DNA of 64,000 nucleotides, from the NCBI GenBank assembly GCA_965243135.1, contig OZ251539.1, positions 5,910,236 to 5,974,235 of the forward strand, in the 5' to 3' direction. Positions 9,082 to 19,730 of the stretch are shown piece after piece. The notes under the pieces are model-generated. The model searched no databases and was not told where the DNA came from. It saw nothing but the letters and a program-made list of their open reading frames with translations. The translations under genes were made by a program, and so were the position numbers. This DNA comes from Alphaproteobacteria bacterium (GTDB taxonomy: Bacteria > Pseudomonadota > Alphaproteobacteria > MPNO01 > UBA830). The number at the start of each line of letters is the position of its first letter. Within the stretch, counting starts at the first letter, position 1.

Positions 9082-10120
9082 AGTCCAACAGTAAACGAGC
9101 ACGAACTGGTCCGGCAGATCCTTCGCCAGCTTCTTGTAAGCGGAGTACCGGTCGCGATATACCGGCTCGTCGACGCCGAGGCCTCCGAACAACTTCTGCG
9201 CTGCCGCTGCGCTGCGGGAAGGGTCGATGATCATTCGCACGGCGTCCGAGGTCTGGCAAACCCAGAGCCAACTGCGGGGATTGTCGCCTTCCTCGCCGCG
9301 GACGTGAACCCTCCAGCTCGTCTCGTCGCCGTGGGCTATTCTGGCCGTTGCCTGACGTTCGATAATCGCATCGGCCAGCGGCGCGAACAAGGGCACGAAG
9401 CGCTTGACGCTGTCCCCCAGCGTACCTGGCGCGACCTCGAAGTCGAGCATCGACAACTGCCGCGGTACAGATCGCAACGGACGGTGAAGGGCGTAAGTCT
9501 CGGTCAGAAACCAGGTCCAGACGCTCAAGCCATAAGGCGTGTTCGCGAACAGCCGCGGCACCGGCGGAGCGATCGCCTCCTGCTTCGGTGCGCACGAGCA
9601 CGTCGAACGGTACCGGGGCCGGCGGCAACGCCGCTTGTAGGCGCGAAACTCGACCTCGACGAACTCGGTGACCTTTTCTCCGTTTCTCGCGTAAGGCTTG
9701 CCGCAGTTCGGGCAGCGGCATTCCTCAGGCTCAATGACCTCCACCTCTACCGGCAAATCCTCGCGCGGCGTGCGTCCGTGCGACGGCGACCCGGGCTGCC
9801 GCCCCCGACGCCGCCGGGCCTCTCGTTCCGCGCCGCCCTTCCGCGAACGGCGGGTGCGCTCGCTCTTGCGACCGAACTTGTCCCGAACAAGCTTGCGGTT
9901 GCGCGCCTTCAGGCGGGCGTTCTCGCGTTCGGTCTCGTCGAGTCGCTTCTTCGTCTTCGCAAGCTCGTGCCGAAGGCGGCCCGCTTCCCGCTTGAGCTCG
10001 TTCACCGAAGAGACGGACTTCAGGCGTTTCAGCTCGTTGCGCGCCGCCTCTGCGCGCGCCCGCGACCGGCGGTGCTGCGTTTTCCAGAACGTCGCCTGCT
10101 GACGAGCGCTTACCTCCTTC

Positions 10121-10270
10121 CAGCGCGACGCCTCCGCTTCCTGGCGCGACGCCTCCGCTTCCTGGCGCGACGCCTCCGCTTCCTGGCGCGACGCCTCCGC
10201 TTCCTGGCGCGCCTCGTCCCGCTGCCGAATCGCCTCGTCCCGCTGCCGAATCGCCTCGTCCCGCTGCCCG
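10121..10270. repeat. 21-bp tandem repeats inside the IS66 transposase N-terminal region (4 copies of one unit, then ~2.5 of a second)
   Basis: CTGGCGCGACGCCTCCGCTTC x4 then CGCCTCGTCCCGCTGCCGAAT x2.5; encodes QEAEASR x4 and QRDEAIR x2 in the transposase coiled-coil segment. Confidence 0.85.
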
Positions 10271-11629
10271 AGGGTCATTGCCAGCAGCAAGACCCACTGT
10301 CGGTCGGTCGCTTCGAAGCAAAAATCTGGTGTCGCCAACTCCATAAAGGCGATATACAGGGGTCAGCGAATCGTTTCCAGTCCCCGGGGCAAATTTTTTT
10401 CGTCCCCCGGGTAGCGAACGCTTACCGTATCGTTTCTCTTTCATGGCGCTCCAATCCACTGATATTGCGCCGGTTTTTCAGATTTATGCATATGTACAGG
10501 ACATATGGGGCTCAACCTTTCCTTTCCGGCGCTTCGAAGGTCCTGCAGGCCGCTTCGGTATCCTTTCCGAGGCCGTTATGTATGTGGCGAATGCGGACCG
10601 TGAAACGACGACAGCGCGCCGTGACCGACAGCGAGCGGGACGAGTTGAAGCGACGAGCGTGCCGGGGTCTCGCGCTTCGTCTTCGAGCGGCTGATGACCG
10701 AGCCGCCGGCCGCCTTGGAGCGGGCGGGCGTTAGCGGTTCTCTGCGAAGCGGAGAAAGCGCGCATGTCCGAAGAGGTCTGGCTGGGTCTGCGGCGCACGC
10801 CGCTCCGTCACCCGGTCATAGCTCCGGGTCATGAGAAGCCCCGTCTCGACGAAGCGCAGCCAGCATCGCCTCGTCGTGCGCCTTCACGACCCGCGACCGC
10901 TTGCTGGCGTAGACCAGACCTTCCGGCGACGCCGACTTCGGCGCCGAAAAGGTCACGGCCACCCCGGGCAGCTGCTCGTGCCTGCTGTCGCGCAGCCGTC
11001 CCAGCCGCCGACCGGTCCCCAACTCGGCAGCACCTGTGCAAACGCTTCGGCCGGACCGGGCCGCGCAACCTCAGAGCCGCCGCGCCGTCTCCTCCCGGAT
11101 GTCCGCCGCGGACGCCGCGCTCCCTCGCCGAACGCAGTTCTTCGACCGCCCGACGGAGTTCCGCCGCTGGCATCTCGGATTGTGAAGGAACGGCTTGCGG
11201 TGCCTGGCCGGTGCCAGCTCTCCAGCCAAAGCTCCCACCTTAAATCCTTCCCGCCGCGTCCCGGCCCCTGCGTCGCCGCAACCGTTGCCCGCTTCAGCTC
11301 CGCGCTTGCTCCCGTAGCAGACCCGGAAAACGGGCAACCGAGGGGGCGCGGCCGCCGACCGAAAATTCCGTCGGCGTTCCTCCCCCTCGTCCGGGGTCGT
11401 CAGGCAAAACTTTGAAATCGCCGGAGTCGCCCGAAAACCGGAAACGGGTTGGCGACGGGATCGTCAGTCAAGATAGTCGTCTCTTGGTCGTAGAAATGAA
11501 GCATGTCGGCAAGCTCGTTCACGTCACCGCCATGACTGCCCGCATGAAACGCCGGGAAAATTCTGAATCCAGAAGGATTTCGTGGACACACCAGTTACGA
11601 CAAGAAACCTTTCGAAAAATCGTGTTTTG

Positions 11630-12268
11630 CTATCTGTTTTTCAATGAAATTTGAACGCAAAACACTCCCCAATGCAACACCGCATCATCCATTTCTTCTG
11701 ACGAAATACGACGATACTTACATTTCACAACTGCTTCCTTTTCAAATCGTCCCCTAATCATAGTTTCGATGTTCTTTCTCTTTCGTTCGGCTTTCCGCCT
11801 CGCCGATGTCTTGTCTTTTGCCTTTCCCGAAACAAGCACAGCAAGGAAACCTCGACGAAGGGCCCCATTCTGGTGAAAACCGAAGTTGCTTATCGCCTCC
11901 CATATTCTGTCCAAATCTTCCATGCAAGTCTTTTTATTCCATTCTCGTTTTACCTCGATAACGCAAACTGGTTGATCCTTGGAATTGAAAAGCGCGATGT
12001 CCGTCCGTTTGCCGCCCCTGATTGCGCCTGGAAGACGGCCTCGTGTCTGTGCGCCAGACCAATCCCTGATCCAATTGAAGTGCACCTCCAAAAGAAGGCT
12101 TTCGTTTTCATTCTGGAGGCGATTTAATGCATCTCCTATTTCGCAGACTATGAGGCTCTCTACTCCGGAATCCAACAGCGACCAACCGTCTGTCCATTTC
12201 TCGTATTTCCTATTGGCGTTGCGAGTTCCTTTAAAAATCGCCGAAACGATCTGCTTCTCAGTCGGCAT
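11630..12268 (-). CDS. AT-rich orphan gene, PD-(D/E)xK nuclease-like (tentative)
   Basis: 212 aa, about 40% GC amid 65% GC DNA. Contains TDIALFNSKDQPVCVIEVKRE, i.e. D-x13-E-V-K as in restriction-endonuclease-fold nucleases, and a basic C-terminal tail. Confidence 0.4.
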   Translation of the reverse strand: MPTEKQIVSAIFKGTRNANRKYEKWTDGWSLLDSGVESLIVCEIGDALNRLQNENESLLLEVHFNWIRDWSGAQTRGRLPGAIRGGKRTDIALFNSKDQPVCVIEVKREWNKKTCMEDLDRIWEAISNFGFHQNGALRRGFLAVLVSGKAKDKTSARRKAERKRKNIETMIRGRFEKEAVVKCKYRRISSEEMDDAVLHWGVFCVQISLKNR

Positions 12269-13221
12269 GATATTCCTCCCATGGTCGCTCTCTCGGTATT
12301 CTAAAAGCGTGCGCGGCGTCTATTAACATGCAATGTAAAAGAGCATCTTTCATCCCGTCTGTCAACACTCGGAGGTCCCGTGAGGTTTGGAATGCAACAC
12401 GCATGGCGGCTGAGCGGCCGTTTGCATGTTGCGGAGAGGCCAGGCGCGGCGGAGGTCAAAACGGAGACTTGCGGCCACTTGGCCAGCGACGGACGTCGCC
12501 TGATCCACACGCTGCGCAGCGAACGCCGGGGCGGTTCGTCCGCGACCGCACGACGGCGAATCGGCTGGCAACGCGGACGAGCGTGGATTCAAGCAGGCCG
12601 GCCGGCGGGCAACCGCCCGCCACCTGCACAGCACCGTCGAGGCGTTGGCGCTACTTTGCACGACATATCCGCTACACGCCCATTTCTCCGGCACTTTCCA
12701 GAAGTGCGGAAAGCACGTCCCCGATCCGTTCGGCGGCCGCTTTTTGCGAAAAAAAGCTCGCGGCAGCGCCAGTCGCTTTGTCGCGAAGAGCGCCGACCTT
12801 GGCGACGCCCTTGACGCCGTCGCGCAGGACAACTCGGCACTTGTCGTCGGTTGGGACGATCGGACACTTCGCATTCGCGCGCGAAGTCGATCGCCCGTTC
12901 GTCTGGCCGGAACTTCGCGTCCAATTGTCGGGGGCGGCAACCAACTGCAGGTCGGGCCGCACTTCCGAACGTGAGCGACATCGGCGGTGAGCCGCCGTCA
13001 CCTTGCAGGCTTCCGGCGCAAGACTCAACGTTCTCTGCCGTCCGCGTTATGGAAGCTGACGGTCCCGCGGACGCCCGACACGCTTCCTTGTCGCTGTCGG
13101 AGCGAAGCGGAACCCCGTCGAGCGAGACGGTGCAGGAAGCCGCCTGTTTCCGCCTCGCGGGCCGCCCTGTCTTTCTCGTTCCAGTGCTTGCCCGCCTTTG
13201 TCGACAGACGCGCAACTGGAC

Positions 13222-13290
13222 GGGCCTCCCGGCTCCGTCCGTCGGCGTGCAGTGGCGCAGGAGCATCGCTGCGAGGCGCCGGACCCGTGA
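13222..13290. repeat. imperfect ~70-nt repeat, copy A (partner at 34938-35005)
   Basis: GGCTCCGTCC-GTCGGCGTGCAGTGGCGCAGGAGCATCGCTG...CCGGAC aligns at about 75-80% with the copy at 34938. Lies just 3' of the integrase at 13317. Confidence 0.4.
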
Positions 13291-13316
13291 GGTAGCCCAA
13301 GCTTTCGGCATCCACG

Positions 13317-14436
13317 CTACGCTGATGGTTCTTCCACGCCGTGCAGAAGTGAGGATATGGCGGTTCCGATCCGTTCGGCCGCGGCCTCCACCTCCCTGTC
13401 CGCGACATGCGCGTATCGAAGCGTCATCCGGACGTCCCGGTGGCCGAGCAGGCGCGCCACCACCGGCAGCGGAACGCCCTGCATAACCGCATGGCTGGCG
13501 AACGTATGCCGCAGATCGTGCAGGCGGACATCCTCCAGATCGGCCCGCTTCCTCGCTTCGTACCAGAGCCTGAGGTAATCGTCCGCCGGTCGCGCCGGGT
13601 CCGACGCCGACGGAAAGACATACGGGCTCTCCGTTTGCGGCTGGCGTTCGACGATGGCCCGGGCCTGCGCGTTCAGAAAGACCTTTCTCGGCCCCGTCTT
13701 GCCGTCCGCCAGGACGGCTCCGTCCACCTCCCGCCATTGCAGACGCACGATTTCGTTCTTCCGGCAGCCGGTCGCGAGCAACAGGCGGACGATGTCCGCC
13801 TGCCGCCTGCGGGACGGTCTCGCGGACGGCGGCGCGCACCTGTCCAGTTCCTCGCGCAGCCGGTGGATTTCCTCCCGCGACAGAAAGCGGGTGAGTTTCG
13901 GGCGCGGGTTTCTCCTGACGCCCGTTGCCGGATTCTTCTCGATCAGACCGGTCGCGACCGCGCGGTTCAGGATTTGCTTGAACACCTTCAAGGTCACGTT
14001 GGCGCCGCCGGGCGACGTCTTGCTGTACCGATCGAACCACCGGTTGACTTCGACCGCGGCGGTCGAGCGGCAGCGTACCGAAGGCCGGCAGCAACTGCCC
14101 GTTCAGCGCGCTTTCGATCCCCCGACGCGAAGCCCGCTTGTATCGCTCCCAACAGGCTTCTTTCCACGGACCCGCGACGAACTCCGCGAACGTGGGAACC
14201 TTCCCGCTCGGCTCCTTGACTGCGAGGCCGACGCATTCGCGGCGCGCCTCGTCGGTGCTTTTCAGCGCCGCCGGACCGAGCGACGCCTTCCGTCCGCCGC
14301 GAAGGTATATGTAACTGCGATGTCCCGACGGCCGGACACGGACGCCGAGGCCCGCGATGCGCTCGTCCCAGACCGTGTATTCGCGCTTGCGGGGCCGGAG
14401 CGCGGCGACCCGGGCGTCGGTCAGCCGGATTCTCAT
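13317..14436 (-). pseudogene. tyrosine recombinase/phage integrase (int1), single frameshift
   Basis: N-terminal arm-type domain (MRIRLTDARVAALRPRKREYTVWDERIAGLGVRV...LPAFGTLPLDR) in one frame. The rest (…AVEVNRWFDRYSKTSPGGANVTLKVFKQ…HDLRHTFAS…LGHRDVRMTLRYAH) is in another. The shift is at GACCGCCGCGG near 14050. Confidence 0.75.
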
Positions 14437-14439
14437 GCC

Positions 14440-15514
14440 TCAGCCCTCCAGCGCCGCGCCGACCGCCTCGACCGCTTCGCGGACCGTCCCGTCGGCCGCA
14501 TGCGCGTATTTGAGGGTCGTTTCCGGCCTGCTGTGACCGAGCAGCCGGCCGATGGTCAGCACGGTCTCGCCGTGCCTAAGCGCCATGCTCGCGTAGGTAT
14601 GGCGGAGGTCGTGCAGCCGGACGTCGCCAAGGTCCGCCTCGATTCTCGCAGGCCGCCAGAAACTGTCCAGCGAACTTTTGGCCAGGGGACCGGACGCAGA
14701 GGGGAAGATCCACTTGCCTCGCCGCTCCAGCCCGTCCAGGACGTGACGGGCGGCCGACGACAGCCACACGGTTCGCGGCCCCGTCTTGCCGTCCGCAAGG
14801 AACAGCTTGCCCTCGCGATAATCGATCCATCGCAGCGTCAGGATCTCGCTCTTGCGGCAGCCGGTCAGCAACAGCAGGCGGACGACCGCGACGCGCCGGT
14901 CGGGCTCGCGGCCCGCCAGAACCGCCTCGAGACGGCGGATCTCCGGAACCGTCAGGAACCGTTCGCGCCCTCGCCGGCGGTAGCGTCGGATGCCCTTGCA
15001 CGGGTTGCTGTCCTCCGGCCGGTAACCGTAGACCTCCGCCTGCCGCATGATGACCGACAGAATCGGCGCCGATCGGTCCGCCGCCGCGGGCGTCGCGTGC
15101 AGCGAAGCGAACCAGCGCTGGACGTCCTGCCGCGTTATCCTGGCGGCGTCCTTCGAACCATGGCAGGATCTGGTTCTTGTAATAGCCGCGGTTGACCTCG
15201 AGCGTGCGCGGTTTCCAGTGCCGCCCGTAACGCTCGAACACTTCTTCCGCGACCGCTTCGAACGACGACAACGCGCCGCCCGTCCCGCCGCGGGCCAGAA
15301 CGGCCTTCGCCCGCGTGCGGGCTTCTTCCGCGGCGATGTCCTTGCCGACGATCTTCCAGACGCGCCTGCCGTCTCGCTGGGTGTGAACGAAGTATCGCTT
15401 CCCGCCGGACGGAAGGACTCTGACGCCGAACCCCTTGAGCTCGCCATCGCGGACGTCGTAGGCGGCCTCGCGCGGCTCGAGAGCGTCGACTCTGCGCTGG
15501 TTGAGACGAACCAT
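14440..15514 (-). pseudogene. tyrosine recombinase/phage integrase (int2, paralog of int1), single frameshift
   Basis: MVRLNQRRVDALEPREAAYDVRDGELKGFGVRV...ILPWFEGRR in one frame, then ARITRQDVQRWF...HDLRHTYAS...LGHSRPETTLKYAH in another. The shift is at GACGCCGCCAGG near 15140. Confidence 0.75.
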
Positions 15515-15699
15515 GCTTCTTCCCCCGAAATCGTTGCAGACGGGGAACGAAGCAGGCGCTGCGGCCGTCCCCGCCGACTGGTTTCGCGAAAAAGAAACGC
15601 GCTATATCAAAGGGTTAAAGCGCCAAAGCACCGAAGGTGCGCCGCCTGGTGTGGAACACGATGCTGGAGGAGGAGCATCCACGCGGCGCCGGTCCGCTG

Positions 15700-17542
15700 G
15701 TGGGCTGTCAGTTACGGTGTGGGGTCGGCGCATGGCTGGCTGGGGGCTGTCGGGTTCGCGGCGTCGGCGCACAGGCTCGAATGCCGCGACCGTAGGCTGG
15801 AGCGACGCAGGAAGGCGCGCTTGTTTGCACCGGGTCGTGTGCCTGTCGCGTTTTCTGGTCCGTCCCGGCGTCGAGTGTCGTAGCCTCGCATGTCTTGGGC
15901 GGCGTGGTCCGCAGGGTGGGAGACGATTTCGAGGCGCGCTACGGCTACCGCCCGTATTTGCTGGAGACCTTCGTAGATCGGCATGCGGGAACGAGCTTTC
16001 AGGCGTCCAACTGGCGTGGCGAGACAGCCGGCCGGGGGCGACAGGGCCATGCGGCAACGGAGACGCCGAAGGCATGTGTACGAGGCGGACTGGCGGGTGC
16101 GCATCCCGGAGCCGCGTGCGCCGCTTGCGCCGTTGGAGGTCGGATCCGGTCTGGATCGGGAGAGTTGGGCGGAACAGGAGTTCGGCGGTGCGCCGCTGGG
16201 GGATGCGCGTCTGAGCGCGCGTCTGGTGACTTGTGCCCGATACCAAGCGGAAGCGCCGACGCAGGCGTTCACATGCGCTGCGAGGGGGGCCTTGATAAAG
16301 GCATACTACCGTCTGATCGACAAGCCGGACGGTGATGCGGTGACGGTGGAGAACATCCTGCAGCCGCATCGGCGGCAGACGCTGCGGGCAGGGGGAGAAG
16401 ACGGTGCTGTGCGTGCAGGACGGCAGCACGCTGAACTTCGCGAAGCGGGGGAAGACCGAGGGTTTGGGAATCATCGGTCGGAACCAGACCGGCGCCGGTA
16501 CCCGAGGCCTGAACCTGCACGCCACGGTCGCAGTGAACACGGAGGGGTTGCCGCTGGGGATTCTGCGGGCGGCGTGCGCCGCAGCCGGGCGCGGAGAAGA
16601 ACAAGCCTCGCGAAAAGAAAAAGTCGTACCGTTGGATCCAGGGCCTTCAGGATAGCGCCGAGGCTGCTTCTGCACTCGATGGCGTTCAGGTGGTCGGCGT
16701 CCCGGGAGGCGGACTTCGTCGATCTGTTCGTTGAGCGGCGTGAGCGGACGCCGGGAGTGGAACTCCTAGTGCGGGCGAAGACGAACCGGGTTCTCGGCGA
16801 GGACGACACCGACAAGCTGTTCGACAAGGTGCGGAAAAGCCCAGCGCAGGGCAAGCGAGTTATCGAGGTCAAGCGTCTGAGCGCGCGCATAAAGGCAAGC
16901 AAGCAGGCCGCGAGGGCCGTGCGGCCGGAGCGCCAGGCCACGGTCGAACTGCGCTACCTCAAGGTCGAGCTGCCGGCGAAGGGCAAGGAGCCCGTTGAGG
17001 CGACGATCATGCATGTCCGCGAGAAAGCTCCCCCGCGCCGAACGGCTGGAATGGTTCTTGTTGACGACGCTGCCGGTCGAGAGCGCCGCGGACGCCGAAC
17101 GCATCCTGACCTGGTATGGTTTGCGCTGGCGCATCGAAGATTATTTCAGGGTTCTGAAGTCCGGCTGCCGAGGAACTCAAGAACCGGACTGCCGAACGTC
17201 TTCAGCGCGCCGCCGCCATCAACATCGTCATCGCCTGGCGCATCCGGACCCGTCTCGGACGGGAACTGCCCGACCTGCCGCCCGAGATCCTGTTCTCGGA
17301 CGTCGAACTCCGGGTGCTGGCGCTCCTCGCCTTGGCGCATGGCACCGCCGAAAAGCCTCGGAGACGCTGTCTTCCTGGTCGCCCGCCTCGGAGGGTACTT
17401 CAGGCGCAAGCGTGATCCGCCAGGCGCGGAAGTGATGTGGAACGGCTACGCCCAACTCGCCGCCAAGGCGCATTTCCGGGAGCTTGAGGATGAATACGGA
17501 TGTTAGTTCAGCAAATCTTTATGGGGCACAGGCAGCACTAGG
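15700..17542 (+). mobile_element. right part of the split IS4/Tn5-like element (copy 1): degenerate DUF4338-like C-terminus fused to a Tn5-like transposase, right IR at 17513-17542
   Basis: …ATVGWSDAGRRACLHRVV… and DFEARYGYRPYLLETFVDRHAGTSFQASNW (DUF4338-like). Then LGDARLSARLVTCA, ENILQPHRRQTL, READFVDLF, LVRAKTNRVL, WYGLRWRIEDYFRVLKSGC (Tn5-like DDE/YREK motifs), spread over at least five frames. Confidence 0.6.
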
Positions 17543-17574
17543 TACGGGCGCGGCGGCGAGCCCAAAACGGGTTT

Positions 17575-18390
17575 CTACCGCAGCCGGGGTATCGAAGTCG
17601 TCGCGGGCTTGGCGAATCCCCTGTCGAGCAGCCGCGCGACATGGTGGTTGCGCCGCTTGACGGTCTTGCCGCCGAAAACCACCGCGATTAGCCTTCTGTT
17701 GCCGCGTTTGGCGGAAGCGACGAGACTATACCCTGAAGCCCGTATGTAGCCGGTCTTGATGCCGTCCAGCCCCTCATAGGAGGACAATAGGCGATTGTGG
17801 TTGCGGTACGTGCGGCCGCGCCATTTCCAGTTTCGGCGCGAGAACTCCCGGTACCTCTCCGGAAACCGCTTCAGCAATGCGCGGGCGAGGATCGACATGT
17901 CTCTCGCCGTGCTGAGTTGCCGACGGTTGGGAAGTCCGGAGGCGTTCCTGAACGTTGTGTTGCGCATGCCGATCTGGCGCGCACGCTTGGTCATGAGCAC
18001 TGCGAACTTCCGTTCCGTTCCGCCTATGGCTTCGGCAAGGACAGTCGCGACGTCGTTCGCGGACTTCGTCACCAAGGCGGCGATCGCATCCCGCACCGTG
18101 ATCTTCTCGCCGTGCTGAAGCCCCAGCCTGGGCGGGGAACGTCCTGCCGCAATCCGTGATACGGGCAGTTTCTGTTTCATGCCGAGCTTGCCGGCGCGCA
18201 GGGCTTCGAAAGTCATGAATAGCGTCATGATCTTCGTGAGGGATGCAGGGTACTTCTTCGTATCGGCATTCGCCGCATGAAGAACGCGGCCTGTACCGGC
18301 CTCGACCACGATGGACGCGTATTTCGCAACCGCTGGCGGCGCAGCGGCAACGGCCATCGCGAGACTCGCCACGAACAACAATCGAAGCAT
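17575..18390 (-). CDS. D-alanyl-D-alanine carboxypeptidase (serine type, PBP5/6-like)
   Basis: Signal peptide, SLTK (SxxK) active-site motif, and overall DacA-like sequence. Confidence 0.85.
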   Translation of the reverse strand: MLRLLFVASLAMAVAAAPPAVAKYASIVVEAGTGRVLHAANADTKKYPASLTKIMTLFMTFEALRAGKLGMKQKLPVSRIAAGRSPPRLGLQHGEKITVRDAIAALVTKSANDVATVLAEAIGGTERKFAVLMTKRARQIGMRNTTFRNASGLPNRRQLSTARDMSILARALLKRFPERYREFSRRNWKWRGRTYRNHNRLLSSYEGLDGIKTGYIRASGYSLVASAKRGNRRLIAVVFGGKTVKRRNHHVARLLDRGFAKPATTSIPRLR

Positions 18391-18546
18391 AGCATTCTCC
18401 CGTAGAGGCCGCTCGGCAGTTTCGGCGGCCCTTTCAGTGGATATCCTTACCTAATCCAGTGCTTCATTATAATGCAATCATAAGCGTTCGCTACCCGGAG
18501 GACGAAAAAATTTTGTCTGGGGACTGGACACGGAATTTTGATCCTT

Positions 18547-18892
18547 CGCCCGTAAGCGTTCGGTCGTGGAGTGACGAAGCGCCTGTCCGGCTTGGCGAAC
18601 CACCGAGCCGAACACTATTTTTTGCTCCTGTATACGACAGGCATGGCGAGCGAACATGCATCTTCTCGGGACCAGGTTGGCGGGCGGGCAGCCAAGTCTG
18701 GTTGCGACACTCCGAGAGAATGCGGTTCTCCGTTTGGCGCTGGTGAGCGCGGTTCACGAAGCGGAGAAGTTTCGTTGCGACGCGAAGAAATGGCGGGGAG
18801 CTTTCCTTCGGGCGCTGGCCCTGAAAAAGAGACGCGAGGCACCGCCCCGAGAGGCGGCAGAGAACGAGGGTCTGAAGTCCCGCAGCCGCAGA
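18547..18892 (+). mobile_element. IS66-family 5' remnant
   Basis: GTAAGCGTTCGGTCGTGGAGTGACG at 18547; MASEHASS... transposase N-terminus from 18643. Confidence 0.55.
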
Positions 18893-19480
18893 GTCAGCGT
18901 TCGCTGCCCGGGGGATGATCAGCGATTGAGAACCTCCTTCCAGTCCCGTTGCAGGGGTTTCAGCATCCTTGACCGGTAGCGCATATTCGTTCTTTGCTTT
19001 GCCGCGGCCTTGTGTTTTGCCGACCCGGGTTGGCTGCGTGGCAGCAGGCGCCCGCGGACGGGGGCTGAAGGTCTCAAGCAGTGCGGGATGCAGGGCGTAG
19101 CGGCGTTTCCAGTCGTCAAGCCGCTCGGCCTGCGCGAGGGGATGCGAGATGTTTGATTCTGACCCGAGGCAGTAACCTTGCGTTGTTGACGACGAAAGGC
19201 TGGCTGGCGTCGCACCGATGAACTCGTCCCGCGGCGCGGTCTTCCACGCAACGACGCCGAGCGCGGTTGGCGGTTCGCCCTCTGCGGAGCGGATAGAGCG
19301 CTGTGCTTCGGGCATAGGCATAAAGCCGAGGCAGTACTGCCGTGTCGGCGTCTCGCCGGTGCCGTGCGCCGAAGCGCCGTAGCTGCGTAACGATCTCGTC
19401 CCGTTGTCGCTGAAGCACGTCGGACATGCGGGATTCTCTCTTGGGAGACGAAGAGGCCGGGTGCGCGGAGCTGAAGGACG
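18893..19480 (-). mobile_element. IS66-family 3' remnant with a heavily degenerate DUF4338-like ORF
   Basis: IR-like GTCAGCGTTCGCTGCCCGGGGGATGATC at 18893, followed (minus strand) by recognisable but broken DUF4338 motifs (AWKTAPRDEFIG, RYALHPALLETF, GKTQGRGK). Confidence 0.45.
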
Positions 19481-19730
19481 AGCGCGTCGCAGGGAAATGC
19501 GCCGCCGCCCGCTGCTTCGCGCATGACCGTTCCTCCTGAGCCTGACGCGTTCCGTTCCGAAAACCAAGTCCATATCCTCGATGGCTGGCATCTCACCTGC
19601 GAAGAGGGACGCTGCATGCCTCGTGACGGACGACTGCCTACGGGGGGGCGCCGACAAAGGCGAAAATTGACCGCATGCGCGCCAGCGTGCACCTTTCCTG
19701 CGCCGCAAACCAAAACGTCCGGAGTCTCCA

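Larger units (their letters stand above)
8130..10344 (-). pseudogene. IS66-family DDE transposase, split by the MITE insertion and frameshifted
   Basis: N-terminal 2/3 (10344-9082) has a coiled-coil region, Zn-finger CPNCGKPYARNG, and HGDETSWRV...CWTYV. The C-terminal third (8668-8130) begins HNWTHVRRDFMDIG... and ends PMDNNLAERALRG...HHWLRDYL, with a further frameshift near 8340. Confidence 0.7.
7185..10425 (-). mobile_element. IS66-family element carrying a DUF4338-like ORF, itself interrupted by a 413-bp MITE
   Basis: 20-bp IRs GTAAGCGTTCGCTACCCGGG at both ends, flanked by a perfect 8-bp target duplication CGTATCGT (7177-7184 and 10426-10433). Without the MITE it is 2834 bp, close to the 2916 bp of the copy at 43981-46896. 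Confidence 0.75.

Noticed and set aside
13222-13400. tRNA or tmRNA 3' end as integrase att site (repeat A, and GGCGGTTCCGATCCG near 13350)
   Set aside because: No cloverleaf: the D- and T-arm consensus and acceptor pairing are not satisfiable. The second segment lies inside the integrase coding sequence.
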